64,000 bases of DNA from Thermoplasmata archaeon (GCA_035622275.1 DASPVQ010000001.1:10607-74606); one strand, 5' to 3'; positions 17,583 through 27,823 are shown, counted from the first letter of the stretch. The notes: generated from the letters alone by a model not told the origin. Numbers and translations are program-made.

Positions 17583-18584
17583 ATGGCACGTCGGCATCGC
17601 CCCCGTCGGGGCTCGCTCGCGTACTCGCCGCGCAGCCGCTCGGCCCGCCAGGTGCCGCGCGTCCGGAGCTGGGCCCGGGGAGGCGCCAAGCCCGCCGTCG
17701 AAGGGTTCGCCGGCTACAAGGTCGGCATGACGCACGCCTTCATCGTCGACTACCGCAAGCGCTCGACGACCGCCGGCCAGGAGCTCGCGGTCCCCGTCAC
17801 GGTCGTCGAGGTGCCTCCCCTTCGGGTCGTCGGCGCCCGTCTCTACGCCCGGGGCCCGTACGGTCTGCGCGTCGCCGCCGAGGTGTGGGGCTCCGGGACG
17901 ATCGAAGAACTCGCACGGCGCTTGCCCACGCACCCGTCGAGCCCGACCGCCGGCCTCGAGCGCTTCGGCGCGACGAGCGCCGACGAGGTCCGGCTGCTCG
18001 TCCATACCCAGCCCCAGTTGATCACGGGTACCCCGTCGAAGACTCCCTCGCTCTTCGAGGTCCGCGTCTCCGGCGAGAAGTTCGAGGAGCGGCGCGAGTT
18101 CGCGCTGCAGCAGCTCGGTCAAGAACTGGGCGCCGAACAGCTCGCGAAGGAAGGCGAGTTCGTCGACGTCATCGGCGTCACGAAGGGCTTCGGGTTCCAG
18201 GGACACATCCAGCGCTGGGGCGTCAAGCTCCAGCCGCGCAAGAACTCCAAGCACCGACGCATGATCGGGACCCTCGGGCCGCACAACCCCAGCTTCGTCA
18301 CGTACCGGATCCCGCAGGCCGGCCAGCAGGGGTATCACCGGCGGACGCAGTACAACATGCGGGTCCTCAAGGTCGTCCGCGACCCCCGCTCGGACCCGAT
18401 CACGCCGGCCGGCGGCTTCCCTCATTACGGAGAGCTGCGCAGCGCCTGCATCGTCCTGCACGGCTCCCTGCCCGGGCCATCGAAGCGCCTGCTCCGCTTC
18501 CGCACCCCGGTCCGGCGTCTCGTGGCGACCGTCGAGAAGGTCGACATCCGATACTTCAGCACCCGTTCGAAGCAGGGCGCATGA
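17583..18584 (+). CDS. rpl3: 50S ribosomal protein uL3
   Basis: HRPRRGSL, GYKVGMTH, TKGFGFQG, GQQGYHRRT. Confidence 0.97.
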   Translation: MARRHRPRRGSLAYSPRSRSARQVPRVRSWARGGAKPAVEGFAGYKVGMTHAFIVDYRKRSTTAGQELAVPVTVVEVPPLRVVGARLYARGPYGLRVAAEVWGSGTIEELARRLPTHPSSPTAGLERFGATSADEVRLLVHTQPQLITGTPSKTPSLFEVRVSGEKFEERREFALQQLGQELGAEQLAKEGEFVDVIGVTKGFGFQGHIQRWGVKLQPRKNSKHRRMIGTLGPHNPSFVTYRIPQAGQQGYHRRTQYNMRVLKVVRDPRSDPITPAGGFPHYGELRSACIVLHGSLPGPSKRLLRFRTPVRRLVATVEKVDIRYFSTRSKQGA

Positions 18585-19414
18585 GCGACGCCACCCCGCC
18601 CGAGCCGCCCGCCGCGCCGCCGGAGCACGCCACGCCCCACCACCGGGTCCACGTCCTGTCGATCGCCGGCAAGCGCGGGGCGACCGTCTCGCTGCCGCTC
18701 GCCTTCTCCGCGCCCCTGCGCCCGGACCTGATCCACCGGGCGGTGGTCGCCGCGCAGAGCCATCGCCGCCAGCCCTACGGCACGAGCCCGACCGCCGGGG
18801 TGCGGCACTCCGTCGAGTGGGCCGGCAAGGGCCGCGGCGTCGCGCGCACGCCGCGCCTGATGGATTCGATGCGGGGCGCGCAGTCACCGAACACCGTCGG
18901 CGGCCGCCCGGCGCATCCGCCCCGGGTCGAGCGGATCTGGACGAAGAAGATCAACCGGAAGGAGCGACGGCTCGCCTTCGCCTCTGCGCTCGGCGCGACG
19001 CGGGATGCCCGGCTCGCCGAGGCGCGGGGGCACCGCCTGCCCACTGGAGTCCACTTGCCGCTCGTGCTTGAGGACCCGGTCGAGGATGTGAGGACGACCG
19101 AGGACGCCCGAGCGCTGCTCGAGCGCCTGGAGCTGTGGGCCGACGTGGACCGTTCCCGGCGGGCGGTCCACCTGCGCTCGGGGCGAGGCCGCCGGCGCGG
19201 TCGGGTCCGGCGGACCCCCCGCAGCCTGCTGCTCGTCACGAGCGCCCCCGGAAAGGCGCGCGGGTTCCGCAATCTCTCGGGCGTGGACGTCGTGCCGGTG
19301 CTCCGTCTCGGAACCGAGGACCTCGCCCCCGGGGGCACCCCGGGCCGCTTGACGTTGTTCTCGCGCGGAGCGGTCGAGTCGCTGCGCGCCCGCCTCGGGG
19401 AGGCCGCCCCGTGA
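18581..19414 (+). CDS. rpl4: 50S ribosomal protein uL4
   Basis: RPDLIHRAV, RRQPYG, GGRPAHPP, KKINRKERR, LAPGGTPGRLT. Confidence 0.96.
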   Translation: MSDATPPEPPAAPPEHATPHHRVHVLSIAGKRGATVSLPLAFSAPLRPDLIHRAVVAAQSHRRQPYGTSPTAGVRHSVEWAGKGRGVARTPRLMDSMRGAQSPNTVGGRPAHPPRVERIWTKKINRKERRLAFASALGATRDARLAEARGHRLPTGVHLPLVLEDPVEDVRTTEDARALLERLELWADVDRSRRAVHLRSGRGRRRGRVRRTPRSLLLVTSAPGKARGFRNLSGVDVVPVLRLGTEDLAPGGTPGRLTLFSRGAVESLRARLGEAAP

Positions 19415-19674
19415 GCGAGTTCCAGCACCGCGTGATCCTGCACGCCTACGTCACGGAGAAGTCGATGGACGAGATGGAACGGCTCAACAAGCTCGAGTTC
19501 GCCGTCGACCGCCGGGCCTCGCGCGCGGCGATCAAGCGCGCGATCGAGCGCCTCTACGACTGTCGCGTGGCGAAGGTCAACACGAAGATCGTTCGGAGCG
19601 GCAAGATCGCGACCGTCACGTTCCACAAGGAGTTCTCGGCGGAGGACATCGGCAGCCGGGCGGGAGTGTTCTAG
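19411..19674 (+). CDS. rpl23: 50S ribosomal protein uL23
   Basis: VTEKSM..NKLEFAVD, AKVNT; operon position. Confidence 0.95.
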   Translation: MSEFQHRVILHAYVTEKSMDEMERLNKLEFAVDRRASRAAIKRAIERLYDCRVAKVNTKIVRSGKIATVTFHKEFSAEDIGSRAGVF

Positions 19675-20405
19675 TGGGCAAGCGCATCATCTCTCGGCGC
19701 CGAGGCAGCGGCACCGGCACCTACCGCTCGCCGAGCCACCGGCACCCCGGACCGGTCTACCACCCGCCCCCGTCGCTCGTCGGCGACGGACGCGTCGTGC
19801 GGATCGTACCGGCCCCCGGTCGGACCGCCCCGGTGGCCGAGGTCGCCGGCCCGGACGGGACGGAGCTCCGCATCCTGGCGAGCGCCGGCCTCGCGACCGG
19901 CGACACGGTCGCCTTCCAGGAGGGCCGCGTCGACCGCGGGTCGATCCTGCCCCTCGGCCGGATACCCGACGGCACGCTCGTCTCCAACCTCGAGGTGAAG
20001 CCGTTCGACGGCGGGCGGCTCGTCCGCGCCGCCGGCTCGAGCGCGCTCGTCGTCGCGCACAGCGCCGGCGAGGTCACGGTCCAGCTGCCGAGCGGGCGGT
20101 TCAAGCAGTTCCTGGCCACGTGCCGCGCCCAGGTGGGTGCGATCGGCGGCGGCGGCCGCCGCGAGCGCCCGATCATCAAGGCGGGCAAGAAGGTCCTCGC
20201 GACGCGTTCCCTCGCCCGTGCTCCGTTCAAGGTCCGCGGCGTGGCGATGAACCCCGTCAACCATCCGTTCGGCGGTGGTGCCCATCAGCACGTCGGTCGG
20301 CCGAGCACGGTGTCGAGCGGGACCTGGCCGGGCGCCAAGGTCGGGCGGTTCAGCCGCGCGACGCGGACGAAGAAGCGGCTGCGCGCCGAAAGGGGAGGCG
20401 GATAG
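19674..20405 (+). CDS. rpl2: 50S ribosomal protein uL2
   Basis: MGKRIISRRRG, VRGVAMNPVNHPFGGG. Confidence 0.97.
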   Translation: MGKRIISRRRGSGTGTYRSPSHRHPGPVYHPPPSLVGDGRVVRIVPAPGRTAPVAEVAGPDGTELRILASAGLATGDTVAFQEGRVDRGSILPLGRIPDGTLVSNLEVKPFDGGRLVRAAGSSALVVAHSAGEVTVQLPSGRFKQFLATCRAQVGAIGGGGRRERPIIKAGKKVLATRSLARAPFKVRGVAMNPVNHPFGGGAHQHVGRPSTVSSGTWPGAKVGRFSRATRTKKRLRAERGGG

Positions 20406-20830
20406 TGCCGAAGGCGAGGAGGGCCAAGCGCGTCGAGGCCCGTCGCAAGCGCGAGTTCACCTACCGGGGCCGCACGCTCGCCGAGCTGCAGGCGCTGACG
20501 CTCGAGGAGTTCGCGAAGATCGCCCCCGCGCGGGCGCGCCGCTCGATCCGTCGCGGCTTCAACAACGAGACCGCGGTGTTCTTCGAGCGGATGCGAGCGA
20601 CCCCGCAGGACAAGGTCGTCCGTACCCACTGCCGCGACGCGCTCGTGCTCCCGTGGCACGTCGGGCGGCGCGTCGCCGTCCACACCGGCAAGGAGTTCAA
20701 GGAGGTCGAGGTCCGGGCCGAGATGATCGGCCACTACTACGGGGAGTTCGCGCTCACCCGGCGCTTCGAGAAGCACTCCGGCCCCGGCGTCGGCGCGACG
20801 CGCTCGTCGAAGTTCATGCCACTGAAGTAG
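20405..20830 (+). CDS. rps19: 30S ribosomal protein uS19
   Basis: FTYRG, RTHCRD, MIGHYYGEF, GATRSSKFMPLK. Confidence 0.97.
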   Translation: MPKARRAKRVEARRKREFTYRGRTLAELQALTLEEFAKIAPARARRSIRRGFNNETAVFFERMRATPQDKVVRTHCRDALVLPWHVGRRVAVHTGKEFKEVEVRAEMIGHYYGEFALTRRFEKHSGPGVGATRSSKFMPLK

Positions 20831-20846
20831 GACGGGGAACGGGACG

Positions 20847-21305
20847 ATGCGCGGCTACACCTACCGGAACGAGCCCGGGGTCAACGTCGCCCGGGCACGG
20901 GGGATCGAGCTGCCGATCTCGCCGAAGAAGACCTACGAGGTGCTGAACGCGATCCGCGGGCTTTCCCTCGAACGCGCGCGCACGATCCTCGAGGACGCGG
21001 TGGCGCTGCGCCGCCCGATCCCGTTCCGCCGCTACAACCAGGAGACGGCGCACCACCCCGGCACCGGACCGGGCCGCTATGCGGCCAAGGTCGCCCGCAA
21101 CGTCCTCCAGGTGCTCAAGAACGCCGAGGAGAACGCCGAGTACGACAGCCTCGACACCGACCGGCTGTTCGTCCGGGTCGCCGCGAGCTCGCGCGGCCGG
21201 ATCCTCAAGGCCCAGATGCCCCGGGCGCAGGGCCGCTCCACGGCGTGGAACGAGCAGACGACCAACATCGAGATCGTGCTCGCCGAGCGCACGGAGGCGG
21301 CATGA
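20847..21305 (+). CDS. rpl22: 50S ribosomal protein uL22
   Basis: ISPKKTYEV, IPFRRYN, GRY, PRAQGRS. Confidence 0.96.
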   Translation: MRGYTYRNEPGVNVARARGIELPISPKKTYEVLNAIRGLSLERARTILEDAVALRRPIPFRRYNQETAHHPGTGPGRYAAKVARNVLQVLKNAEENAEYDSLDTDRLFVRVAASSRGRILKAQMPRAQGRSTAWNEQTTNIEIVLAERTEAA

Positions 21306-22000
21306 GCGCCGAGCAGAAGGTGATCCAGGAGGCGATGCGCCGGGTCCTCCTCAAGGACTACCTGGTGCAGGAGAGCGCCCGCGCCGGCTTCGGCGGCCTC
21401 GAGATCACCCGGACCCCGATGGGCACGCGGGTCACCCTGATCTGCGAGCGACCCGGTATCCTGATCGGCCACCGGGGCGAGCTGATCAAGAACCTGACCG
21501 AGGACATCCAGCACCGCTTCCAGCTCGACAACCCCCAGATCGAGGTGCAGGAGGAGCGACAGCCGAGCCTGAACGCGCAGCTGATGAGCGAGAAGCTGGC
21601 CTCGACGCTCGAGCGGGGCTGGCACTTCCGCCGCGCCGGCCATTCGACCGTGCGCCGGATCATGGAGGCGGGCGCCCGCGGGTGCCAGGTGATCCTGTCC
21701 GGCAAGCTCACCGGCGAGCGGCACCGCACCGAGCGCTTCAAGGCCGGCACGATCAAGTACTGCGGTGAGGCCGTCCATCTCTGGATCGACAAGGGGTTCA
21801 GCCAGGCCCGCCTGAAGCCGGGGGTCATCGGCGTCAACGTCTGGATCATGCGACCAACGGCCAAGCTGCCCGACGAGATCGTGGTGAAGGGCGTCGAGGA
21901 GCGTTCGAAGGCGGCGCCCGTCGTGCTGCCGACCCTCGAGGAGTCCGTCGCGGCCGTGCCGCCCCCGAGCGCCCCCCCCGAGACCCCGGGGGCCACGTGA
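21302..22000 (+). CDS. rps3: 30S ribosomal protein uS3
   Basis: RTPMGTRV, RPGILIG, LERGWHFRRAG, KPGVIGVNV. Confidence 0.97.
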   Translation: MSAEQKVIQEAMRRVLLKDYLVQESARAGFGGLEITRTPMGTRVTLICERPGILIGHRGELIKNLTEDIQHRFQLDNPQIEVQEERQPSLNAQLMSEKLASTLERGWHFRRAGHSTVRRIMEAGARGCQVILSGKLTGERHRTERFKAGTIKYCGEAVHLWIDKGFSQARLKPGVIGVNVWIMRPTAKLPDEIVVKGVEERSKAAPVVLPTLEESVAAVPPPSAPPETPGAT

Positions 22001-22221
22001 CGCTCCTGCGCATGAAGGAGCTGCGCGAGCTCTCCGACGACGACCTCCGGCGCAAGGTCTCCGAGGTCGAGAACGATCTCTTGCGGGAGCGCGGCGTCGC
22101 GGCGATGGGCGGCGCTCCGCCGAGCCCCGGCCGCATGCGCGCCCTGCGCACGAACGTCGCCCGCGCCCTCACCGTCCTCAACGAGCGCGCGAGCCAATCC
22201 CGGGAGGCCCCGCGTCCGTAG
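21997..22221 (+). CDS. rpl29: 50S ribosomal protein uL29
   Basis: LRMKELRELS, PGRMRALRTNVARALTV. Confidence 0.95.
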   Translation: MTLLRMKELRELSDDDLRRKVSEVENDLLRERGVAAMGGAPPSPGRMRALRTNVARALTVLNERASQSREAPRP

Positions 22222-22240
22222 GAGGCGGTACGGTGGACCG

Positions 22241-22567
22241 ATGGCGCCGGCACACGTCCCCGCACTCGCCCTCGACCGCGTCGAGCGGGAGGCGCTCGCC
22301 GGGGAGATCCTCGGCGCGTCGGTCATCGTGCGCGCGGCCCCCGGGCTCCGGACGCCGATCGCGGGCACGCTCGTTGACGAGACGATGTCCACGTTCGTCG
22401 TGCGCCGACCGGGCCGGGCGCGGCCGGTGCGCGTCGCCAAGGCCGGCCTCGAGGGCACGATCGTCCTCGGCCGGCGAGAGTTACCGTTAAGAGGCGACGC
22501 CCTTCGCGTGCGTCCCGAGGACCGCACGAAGCGGCTCTTGACCGGTGGTCCTCGGAGGTTCCGATGA
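22241..22567 (+). CDS. rnp1: ribonuclease P protein component 1 (Rpp29/Pop4)
   Basis: EILG, GTLVDETMST, LRVRPEDRTK; position between L29 and S17. Confidence 0.88.
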   Translation: MAPAHVPALALDRVEREALAGEILGASVIVRAAPGLRTPIAGTLVDETMSTFVVRRPGRARPVRVAKAGLEGTIVLGRRELPLRGDALRVRPEDRTKRLLTGGPRRFR

Positions 22568-22980
22568 CCCCGGCCCGCACGCCCCGCGCCCGTGATATCG
22601 GGCTCGACGTTCGCGCACCGAAGACGCGGTGCGACGACCGCCACTGCCCGTTCCACGGCCGCCTGTCCCTGCGCGGCCAGGTCCTCGAGGGGACGGTCGT
22701 GTCGACCTCGATGCAGCGGACCGCGGTCGTCGAGCGGACGCTGCTGCACTACCTGGCGAAGTACGAGCGCTACGAGAAGCGTCGACGGCGCTACCTCGCG
22801 CACGCCCCCGCCTGCCTCAAGGTCGCGGTCGGCCACCGGGTCCGCATCGCCGAGAGCCGGCCGCTGTCCAAGCTCGTGGCCTTCTGCATCGTCGAGGATC
22901 TCGGCGAGGTCGCGATGCCCGTGCGCGGCGAGGAAGCGTCGACGCTGCGCCCGGCGCCGGCGCCTCCGGAGGAAGCATGA
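22564..22980 (+). CDS. rps17: 30S ribosomal protein uS17
   Basis: [26 protein letters not shown]. Confidence 0.97.
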   Translation: MTPARTPRARDIGLDVRAPKTRCDDRHCPFHGRLSLRGQVLEGTVVSTSMQRTAVVERTLLHYLAKYERYEKRRRRYLAHAPACLKVAVGHRVRIAESRPLSKLVAFCIVEDLGEVAMPVRGEEASTLRPAPAPPEEA

Positions 22981-23375
22981 AGGGCCTGGCGGGACGCCGG
23001 GGCCGGGGGCTCCCCAAGGGGGCGCGCCTCGATTGCGTCGACAACACCGGCGCGAAGGTCGTCGAGATCATCGCCGTGCGGAACTGGCACGGGACGCACC
23101 GGCGCTATCCGCGCGCCGGTATCGCCGACCTCGTCATCGTCTCCGTCAAGAAAGGGACCCCGGAGATGCGGCGGCAGGTCCTGCACGCGGTCATCGTCCG
23201 GGCCCGCTCGCCGTTCCGCCGGCCCGACGGTACGCGCCTCCAGTTCGAGGACAACGCGGCGGTCATCACGACGGAGACCGGCGAGATCAAAGGCTCTCAG
23301 ATCAAGGGACCGGTCGCGAAGGAGGCGGCCGAGCGCTGGCCGCGGATCGCCGCGGCCTCGTCGATCATCGTGTAG
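22977..23375 (+). CDS. rpl14: 50S ribosomal protein uL14
   Basis: [34 protein letters not shown]. Confidence 0.97.
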   Translation: MKGLAGRRGRGLPKGARLDCVDNTGAKVVEIIAVRNWHGTHRRYPRAGIADLVIVSVKKGTPEMRRQVLHAVIVRARSPFRRPDGTRLQFEDNAAVITTETGEIKGSQIKGPVAKEAAERWPRIAAASSIIV

Positions 23376-23389
23376 GAGGAGTTCGATCG

Positions 23390-23920
23390 ATGACGCTCTC
23401 CCCCCACTCCCCGCGCCGGCAGCGCAAGGCGCTCTACACCGCGGACGCGTTCGAGCGACGCCGCCGCATGACGGTCCCGCTCTCCCGGGACCTGCGCCGC
23501 CGCATCCGCGCCCGCAGCGTGCCGATCCGCAAGGGCGACACCGTCCGCGTGCTGGGCGGCAGCTTCGTCGGGCGCGAGGAGCGGGTCGCGCGGATCGATC
23601 GACGCGCCTACAGCGTCGTCCTCGACAACGTCACGGTCAAGACCGGCGAGGACAAGCTCAAGCCGCTGCCGATCCGGCTGAGCCACCTCGTGATCACCCG
23701 GCTCAATCTCTCCGACGCCTGGCGGCGCCGTTCGCTGCGCGTCGCGGACGAGGACGTCAGCCCCGAGGAGCGGGGCGAGCCGCCGGAGGCCGAGGCGCCG
23801 GCCGGGGCCCCCGCGCCGGCGACCCCGGCGGAGGATTCGCCCGCGCCCACCGCATCGCCCCGCCCGCGGCGGCGCCGCGCCAGCGCGACCCCCTCCGACG
23901 AGCCGGAGGCGGCGCCATGA
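23390..23920 (+). CDS. rpl24: 50S ribosomal protein uL24 with Pro/Ala-rich C-terminal tail
   Basis: SPRRQRK, PIRKGDTVRVLGG. Confidence 0.95.
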   Translation: MTLSPHSPRRQRKALYTADAFERRRRMTVPLSRDLRRRIRARSVPIRKGDTVRVLGGSFVGREERVARIDRRAYSVVLDNVTVKTGEDKLKPLPIRLSHLVITRLNLSDAWRRRSLRVADEDVSPEERGEPPEAEAPAGAPAPATPAEDSPAPTASPRPRRRRASATPSDEPEAAP

Positions 23921-24633
23921 CGTTCCGTCTCAAGCGCCGGGCCGCGCCCCCCAGCTGGACGATCCCGCGCAAGGGAACGAAGTGGATCAAGCGCCCGGGC
24001 CCGGGCCCGCACGCCCAGGACCGCTCGGTCCCGCTGCTCCTCGTGCTCCGGGACCTGCTCCACCTCGTGCGAAGCGCCCGCGAGGCGCGGATCGTCGTCC
24101 GCTCCGGCGCGGTGCGCGTCGACGGGCAGATCGCGAAGGACCTGGACCGGGGCGTCGGGCTGATGGACACCCTCTCGCTCGCCGCCCCCCTCGACGCCCA
24201 CTACCGGATGGTGAACGACCGGCACGGCCGCCTCGTCCTGATCGCGATCCCGTCGACCGAGGCCGGGACCAAGATCGGTCGCGTCCGGTTCAAGCACGCG
24301 GCCCCCCGCGGCCGCGTCGAGGTGACGCTCCACGACGGCCGCAACCTGCTCGTGCCCCCGACGAGCCCGTACCGGGTCGGGGATTCCCTCAAGCTCGAGG
24401 TCCCCGCGCAGAAGGTCGTGGAGCACCTGCCGCTCGCGCCCGGGGCGCTCGCCTACGTGGCCGGCGGCTCGCACGTGGGTCAGCTCGCGCGCGTCGAGCG
24501 GATCGAGGTCCGCAACTCCTCGGCGCCGAACCTCGTCCACTTCAAAGAGGGCTTCTCGACGATCAAGGAGTACGTGTTCGTTGTCGGAGAGGCCGTGCCC
24601 GGCGTCACGCTCGCCGAGGGGGTCGACCGGTGA
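23917..24633 (+). CDS. rps4e: 30S ribosomal protein eS4
   Basis: LKRRAAPPSW, PGPH, VGLMD, LHDGRN. Confidence 0.96.
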   Translation: MTFRLKRRAAPPSWTIPRKGTKWIKRPGPGPHAQDRSVPLLLVLRDLLHLVRSAREARIVVRSGAVRVDGQIAKDLDRGVGLMDTLSLAAPLDAHYRMVNDRHGRLVLIAIPSTEAGTKIGRVRFKHAAPRGRVEVTLHDGRNLLVPPTSPYRVGDSLKLEVPAQKVVEHLPLAPGALAYVAGGSHVGQLARVERIEVRNSSAPNLVHFKEGFSTIKEYVFVVGEAVPGVTLAEGVDR

Positions 24634-25178
24634 GCGCGAGCGCCCCCGCCGTGCCGCCGCCCGCCCGCGAGAACCCCCACCGGGCGATCCGCGTCATCAA
24701 GGTCGTCGTCAACGCCGGGGTCGGAGAGTCCGGCGAGAATCGGACCCGGGCCGAGCGCGTGCTCTCGATGGTGACCCACCAGAAGCCGGTCGCGACGCGG
24801 TCCCACTCCACGAACCGCGACTTCGGGATCCGCCAGGGTCAGGAGATCGGCGCGAAGGTGACCCTGCGCGGTGCCGTGGCCGTCGACTTCCTCGGACGCG
24901 CCTTCGAGGCCCGGGACCGCCAGCTCGACGTCGAGTCGATCGATCGGAACGGCAACTTCTCCTTCGGGATCGCCGACTACACCGACTTCACCGGAATGAA
25001 GTACGACCCCGCGATCGGCATCCACGGCATGGACGTCGCGGTCGAGCTCGGCCGCGCCGGGTACCGGGTGCGCGGCCGTCGACAGCGGGCGCGTCCGATC
25101 CCGCGCACGATCCGCTCGACGCCGGCCGAGACCCGCGCGTTCCTCGAGACGACCTTCCAGGTCAAGGTCCTGGAGTGA
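24630..25178 (+). CDS. rpl5: 50S ribosomal protein uL5
   Basis: [39 protein letters not shown]. Confidence 0.97.
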   Translation: MSASAPAVPPPARENPHRAIRVIKVVVNAGVGESGENRTRAERVLSMVTHQKPVATRSHSTNRDFGIRQGQEIGAKVTLRGAVAVDFLGRAFEARDRQLDVESIDRNGNFSFGIADYTDFTGMKYDPAIGIHGMDVAVELGRAGYRVRGRRQRARPIPRTIRSTPAETRAFLETTFQVKVLE

Positions 25179-25182
25179 GCCC

Positions 25183-25329
25183 GTGAAGCCAAAGCGCAAG
25201 TTCGGGCGGAAGGACGGTTGCCTGCGCTGCGACCGCAAGCGCGGGATCGTCCGGCGCTACGGGCTCCACCTCTGCCGCCAGTGTTTCCGCGAGGTCGCCG
25301 TCGACCTCGGCTTCCGCAAGTACCAGTAG
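25183..25329 (+). CDS. rps14: 30S ribosomal protein uS14 (Zn-binding)
   Basis: read by hand (not in ORF track): [48 protein letters not shown]. Confidence 0.96.
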   Translation: MKPKRKFGRKDGCLRCDRKRGIVRRYGLHLCRQCFREVAVDLGFRKYQ

Positions 25330-25338
25330 GAGGACTCC

Positions 25339-25728
25339 GTGCAGCAGGATCTTCTCAACGACGCGCTCGTGGCGCTCGGGCATGCCGACCAGGACGGCAA
25401 GCCGCGCGTCGAGCTCGCACCGACCTCGACGCTCATCGCCGAGGTGCTGAGGATCTTCCGCGAGCACCAGTACATCGAGGAGTTCACCTTCGTCCCGACG
25501 GGCCGCGGCGGCAAGTACGACGTGAAGCTCTCGCGGCGGATCAACGCCTGCGGGGTCATCAAGCCGCGACTGAGCGTCCCGTACCAGAACCTGGAGCGCT
25601 ACGAGGCGCGGTTCCTGCCGGCGCAGGACTTCGGACTGCTCGTGCTCTCGACGAACCGCGGCGTCGTCTCGCACCGCCAGGCCCGGGAGCTCAAGATCGG
25701 GGGGAGGCTGCTCGCGTATGTCTACTGA
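25339..25728 (+). CDS. rps8: 30S ribosomal protein uS8
   Basis: INACGVIKPR, FLPAQDFG, STNRG, IGGRLLAYVY. Confidence 0.97.
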   Translation: MQQDLLNDALVALGHADQDGKPRVELAPTSTLIAEVLRIFREHQYIEEFTFVPTGRGGKYDVKLSRRINACGVIKPRLSVPYQNLERYEARFLPAQDFGLLVLSTNRGVVSHRQARELKIGGRLLAYVY

Positions 25729-26281
25729 GCCGGACCGCTCGCGGGCGCGGATCGAGGTCGCCGACGGCGTGAGCTTCTCGGTGGCGCCGGGCCGGCTGCG
25801 GGCGAGCGGCCCGCTCGGTCGCGTCGATCGGCCCTTCCCCTCCGACGTGCTGGAGCTCACGAGCCGGCCGGGCGCGGTCACGCTCGCCCTGCGCCTGCCC
25901 GCGGACCGCAAGCGCTCGCAGGCGCTGCTCAAGACGTGGGCGGCCCACCTGCGCAACCTCTCGGGCAGCCTGACGCGGGGGGTCGAGGCGCGCATGAAGG
26001 TCGTCGCGGCGCACTTCCCGATGAAGGTCAGCGTGCGCGGCGAGGAACTGGTCATCGAGAACTTCCTCGGCGAAAAGTTCCCGCGCTCGACCCGGCTGGT
26101 GGCGGGGACCCAGGCGAGCGTGGAGGGCGACATCGTCACGATCTCGGGCCACGACGTCGAAGAGGTGGGCCAGAGCGCCGCGAACATCGAGCGCGCGACC
26201 CGGATCCGCGACTACGACCCGCGGGTCTTCCAGGACGGCATCTACCTCATCGAGCGGGCCCACCTGAAGGAGGCGAGCTAG
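25718..26281 (+). CDS. rpl6: 50S ribosomal protein uL6
   Basis: AHFPMKV, NFLGEK, VGQSAANIE, DPRVFQDGIY. Confidence 0.97.
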   Translation: MSTEPDRSRARIEVADGVSFSVAPGRLRASGPLGRVDRPFPSDVLELTSRPGAVTLALRLPADRKRSQALLKTWAAHLRNLSGSLTRGVEARMKVVAAHFPMKVSVRGEELVIENFLGEKFPRSTRLVAGTQASVEGDIVTISGHDVEEVGQSAANIERATRIRDYDPRVFQDGIYLIERAHLKEAS

Positions 26282-26832
26282 TGGCCGAAACGGACAGCTC
26301 CGAGGCCCCACCGCGCTCCTCTCGCGCGCGGCGCCGACGCACCTCCGACGACGAGGCGCCGACGCCCGCGGCCGCGCCGGCCGCGGCCGAGCCGCCCGCG
26401 CCACGGGCGCCCCGGCGCGCCACGCTCTCTTCCGAGCGACGCCGCCTCATCCGCCTGCGCGACCAGGGCTCGCGCGTGCGACCGGACTTCGGACGTCAGG
26501 CCGCGAACCGCTACGGGCGCATCGGTCGCGACGGCGCCTGGCGGCGGCCCCGGGGCCTCCAGTCGAAGCAGCGCCGCCACTACGGCTACCGACCGCGCGT
26601 CGTCCGCATCGGCTACCGCGGCCCCGCGGCGGTGCGGGGGCTCACCCCCGCCGGCTTCCGCCCGATCCTCGTCCGCACCGGCGCGGAGATCGAGGCGCTC
26701 GACCCGGCGACGGAGGCGGCGGTCATCGCCCGCACCGTGGGAACCCGTCGGCGTCTCACGCTGGAGGACGTCGCCCGTCGCAAGGGGATCCACGTGGTGA
26801 ACCCGATCGTGACGAGCGAGCGGGAGGCCTAG
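26281..26832 (+). CDS. rpl32e: 50S ribosomal protein eL32 with N-terminal low-complexity extension
   Basis: PDFGRQ, WRRPRGLQSKQR, IGYRGP..VRGL, IARTVG, VVNP. Confidence 0.93.
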   Translation: MAETDSSEAPPRSSRARRRRTSDDEAPTPAAAPAAAEPPAPRAPRRATLSSERRRLIRLRDQGSRVRPDFGRQAANRYGRIGRDGAWRRPRGLQSKQRRHYGYRPRVVRIGYRGPAAVRGLTPAGFRPILVRTGAEIEALDPATEAAVIARTVGTRRRLTLEDVARRKGIHVVNPIVTSEREA

Positions 26833-26834
26833 CG

Positions 26835-27296
26835 ATGCCGGACCTCGCGAACCAGCGGCGGATGGCGGCCGCCCTCCTCAAGTGCGGCGAGGGTCGGATC
26901 TGGATCGACCCGGCGAGCCAGGAGGAGCTGGCCGACGCGGTGACGCGCAGCGACATCCGCAGCGCGATCAAGGCCGGCGTCATCCGCCGCAAGGCGGTCC
27001 TCGGGACCTCCCGCGTGCGGGCCCGCCGCCGGGCGGCGGAGCTCGCGAAGGGGCGGCACGCGGGGCCCGGGTCCCGCCGCGGCTCGCCGCGCTCCCGCCT
27101 TCCCAAGAAGGACCGCTGGATGCGCCGGATCCGGGCCCAGCGCGCGATCCTCGCGGAGCTCCGCGGCACCCGCCGCATCACGCCCGCCGTCTACCGGGAG
27201 TTCTACCGGCGGGCGAAGGGGGGCATGTTCCGCAGCCGAGCGCACCTCGTGCAGAACCTGCGGCTCGCCGGCGCGCTCAAGGAGGCGAAGGCATGA
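26835..27296 (+). CDS. rpl19e: 50S ribosomal protein eL19
   Basis: QRRMAA..CGEGRIWIDP, GPGSRRG, WMRRIRAQR, YRRAKGG. Confidence 0.97.
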   Translation: MPDLANQRRMAAALLKCGEGRIWIDPASQEELADAVTRSDIRSAIKAGVIRRKAVLGTSRVRARRRAAELAKGRHAGPGSRRGSPRSRLPKKDRWMRRIRAQRAILAELRGTRRITPAVYREFYRRAKGGMFRSRAHLVQNLRLAGALKEAKA

Positions 27297-27823
27297 GCAC
27301 GGGACCCCGCTACCGCGTGCCGTTCCGACGGCGCCGCGAAGGCCGCACGGACTACCGCGTGCGCCTGCGGCTCTTGCGCTCGGGCCAGCCCCGGGCGGTC
27401 GTCCGGCTCTCCGAGCGCCGCATCCGGGTCGCGGTCGTCGCCTACGACCCGGTCGGCGACCGGGTCGTGGCCGCGGCGGACAGCCGCGAGCTCGGGGGCA
27501 TCGAGTTCCCGACCGTGAGCTTCGCCTCCACGCCCGCCGCCTATCTCACCGCCTACCTCGCCGGCCTGCGGGCGAAGGCCGGCGGGGCGGCGAGCGCGGT
27601 GCTCGACGCGGGGCTGCGTCGACCGACCGAGGGCGGCCGCCTCGCGGCCGCGCTCAAGGGGCTGCTCGACGCCGGGATCGAGATCCCGCACGGCGAGGGC
27701 GGCTTCCCCAGCTCCGACCGCCTCGACGGCACGCACCTCCACCACCGGCTGCCGAGCCCCCTCGAGGCCTACAAGCTCAAGATCCCGCACCTGGTCGCCG
27801 CGCCCGCGGAGGCGAGCCGATGA
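27293..27823 (+). CDS. rpl18: 50S ribosomal protein uL18
   Basis: GPRYRVPFRRRREGRTDY, AAYLTAYLAG, GIEIPHG. Confidence 0.97.
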   Translation: MSTGPRYRVPFRRRREGRTDYRVRLRLLRSGQPRAVVRLSERRIRVAVVAYDPVGDRVVAAADSRELGGIEFPTVSFASTPAAYLTAYLAGLRAKAGGAASAVLDAGLRRPTEGGRLAAALKGLLDAGIEIPHGEGGFPSSDRLDGTHLHHRLPSPLEAYKLKIPHLVAAPAEASR

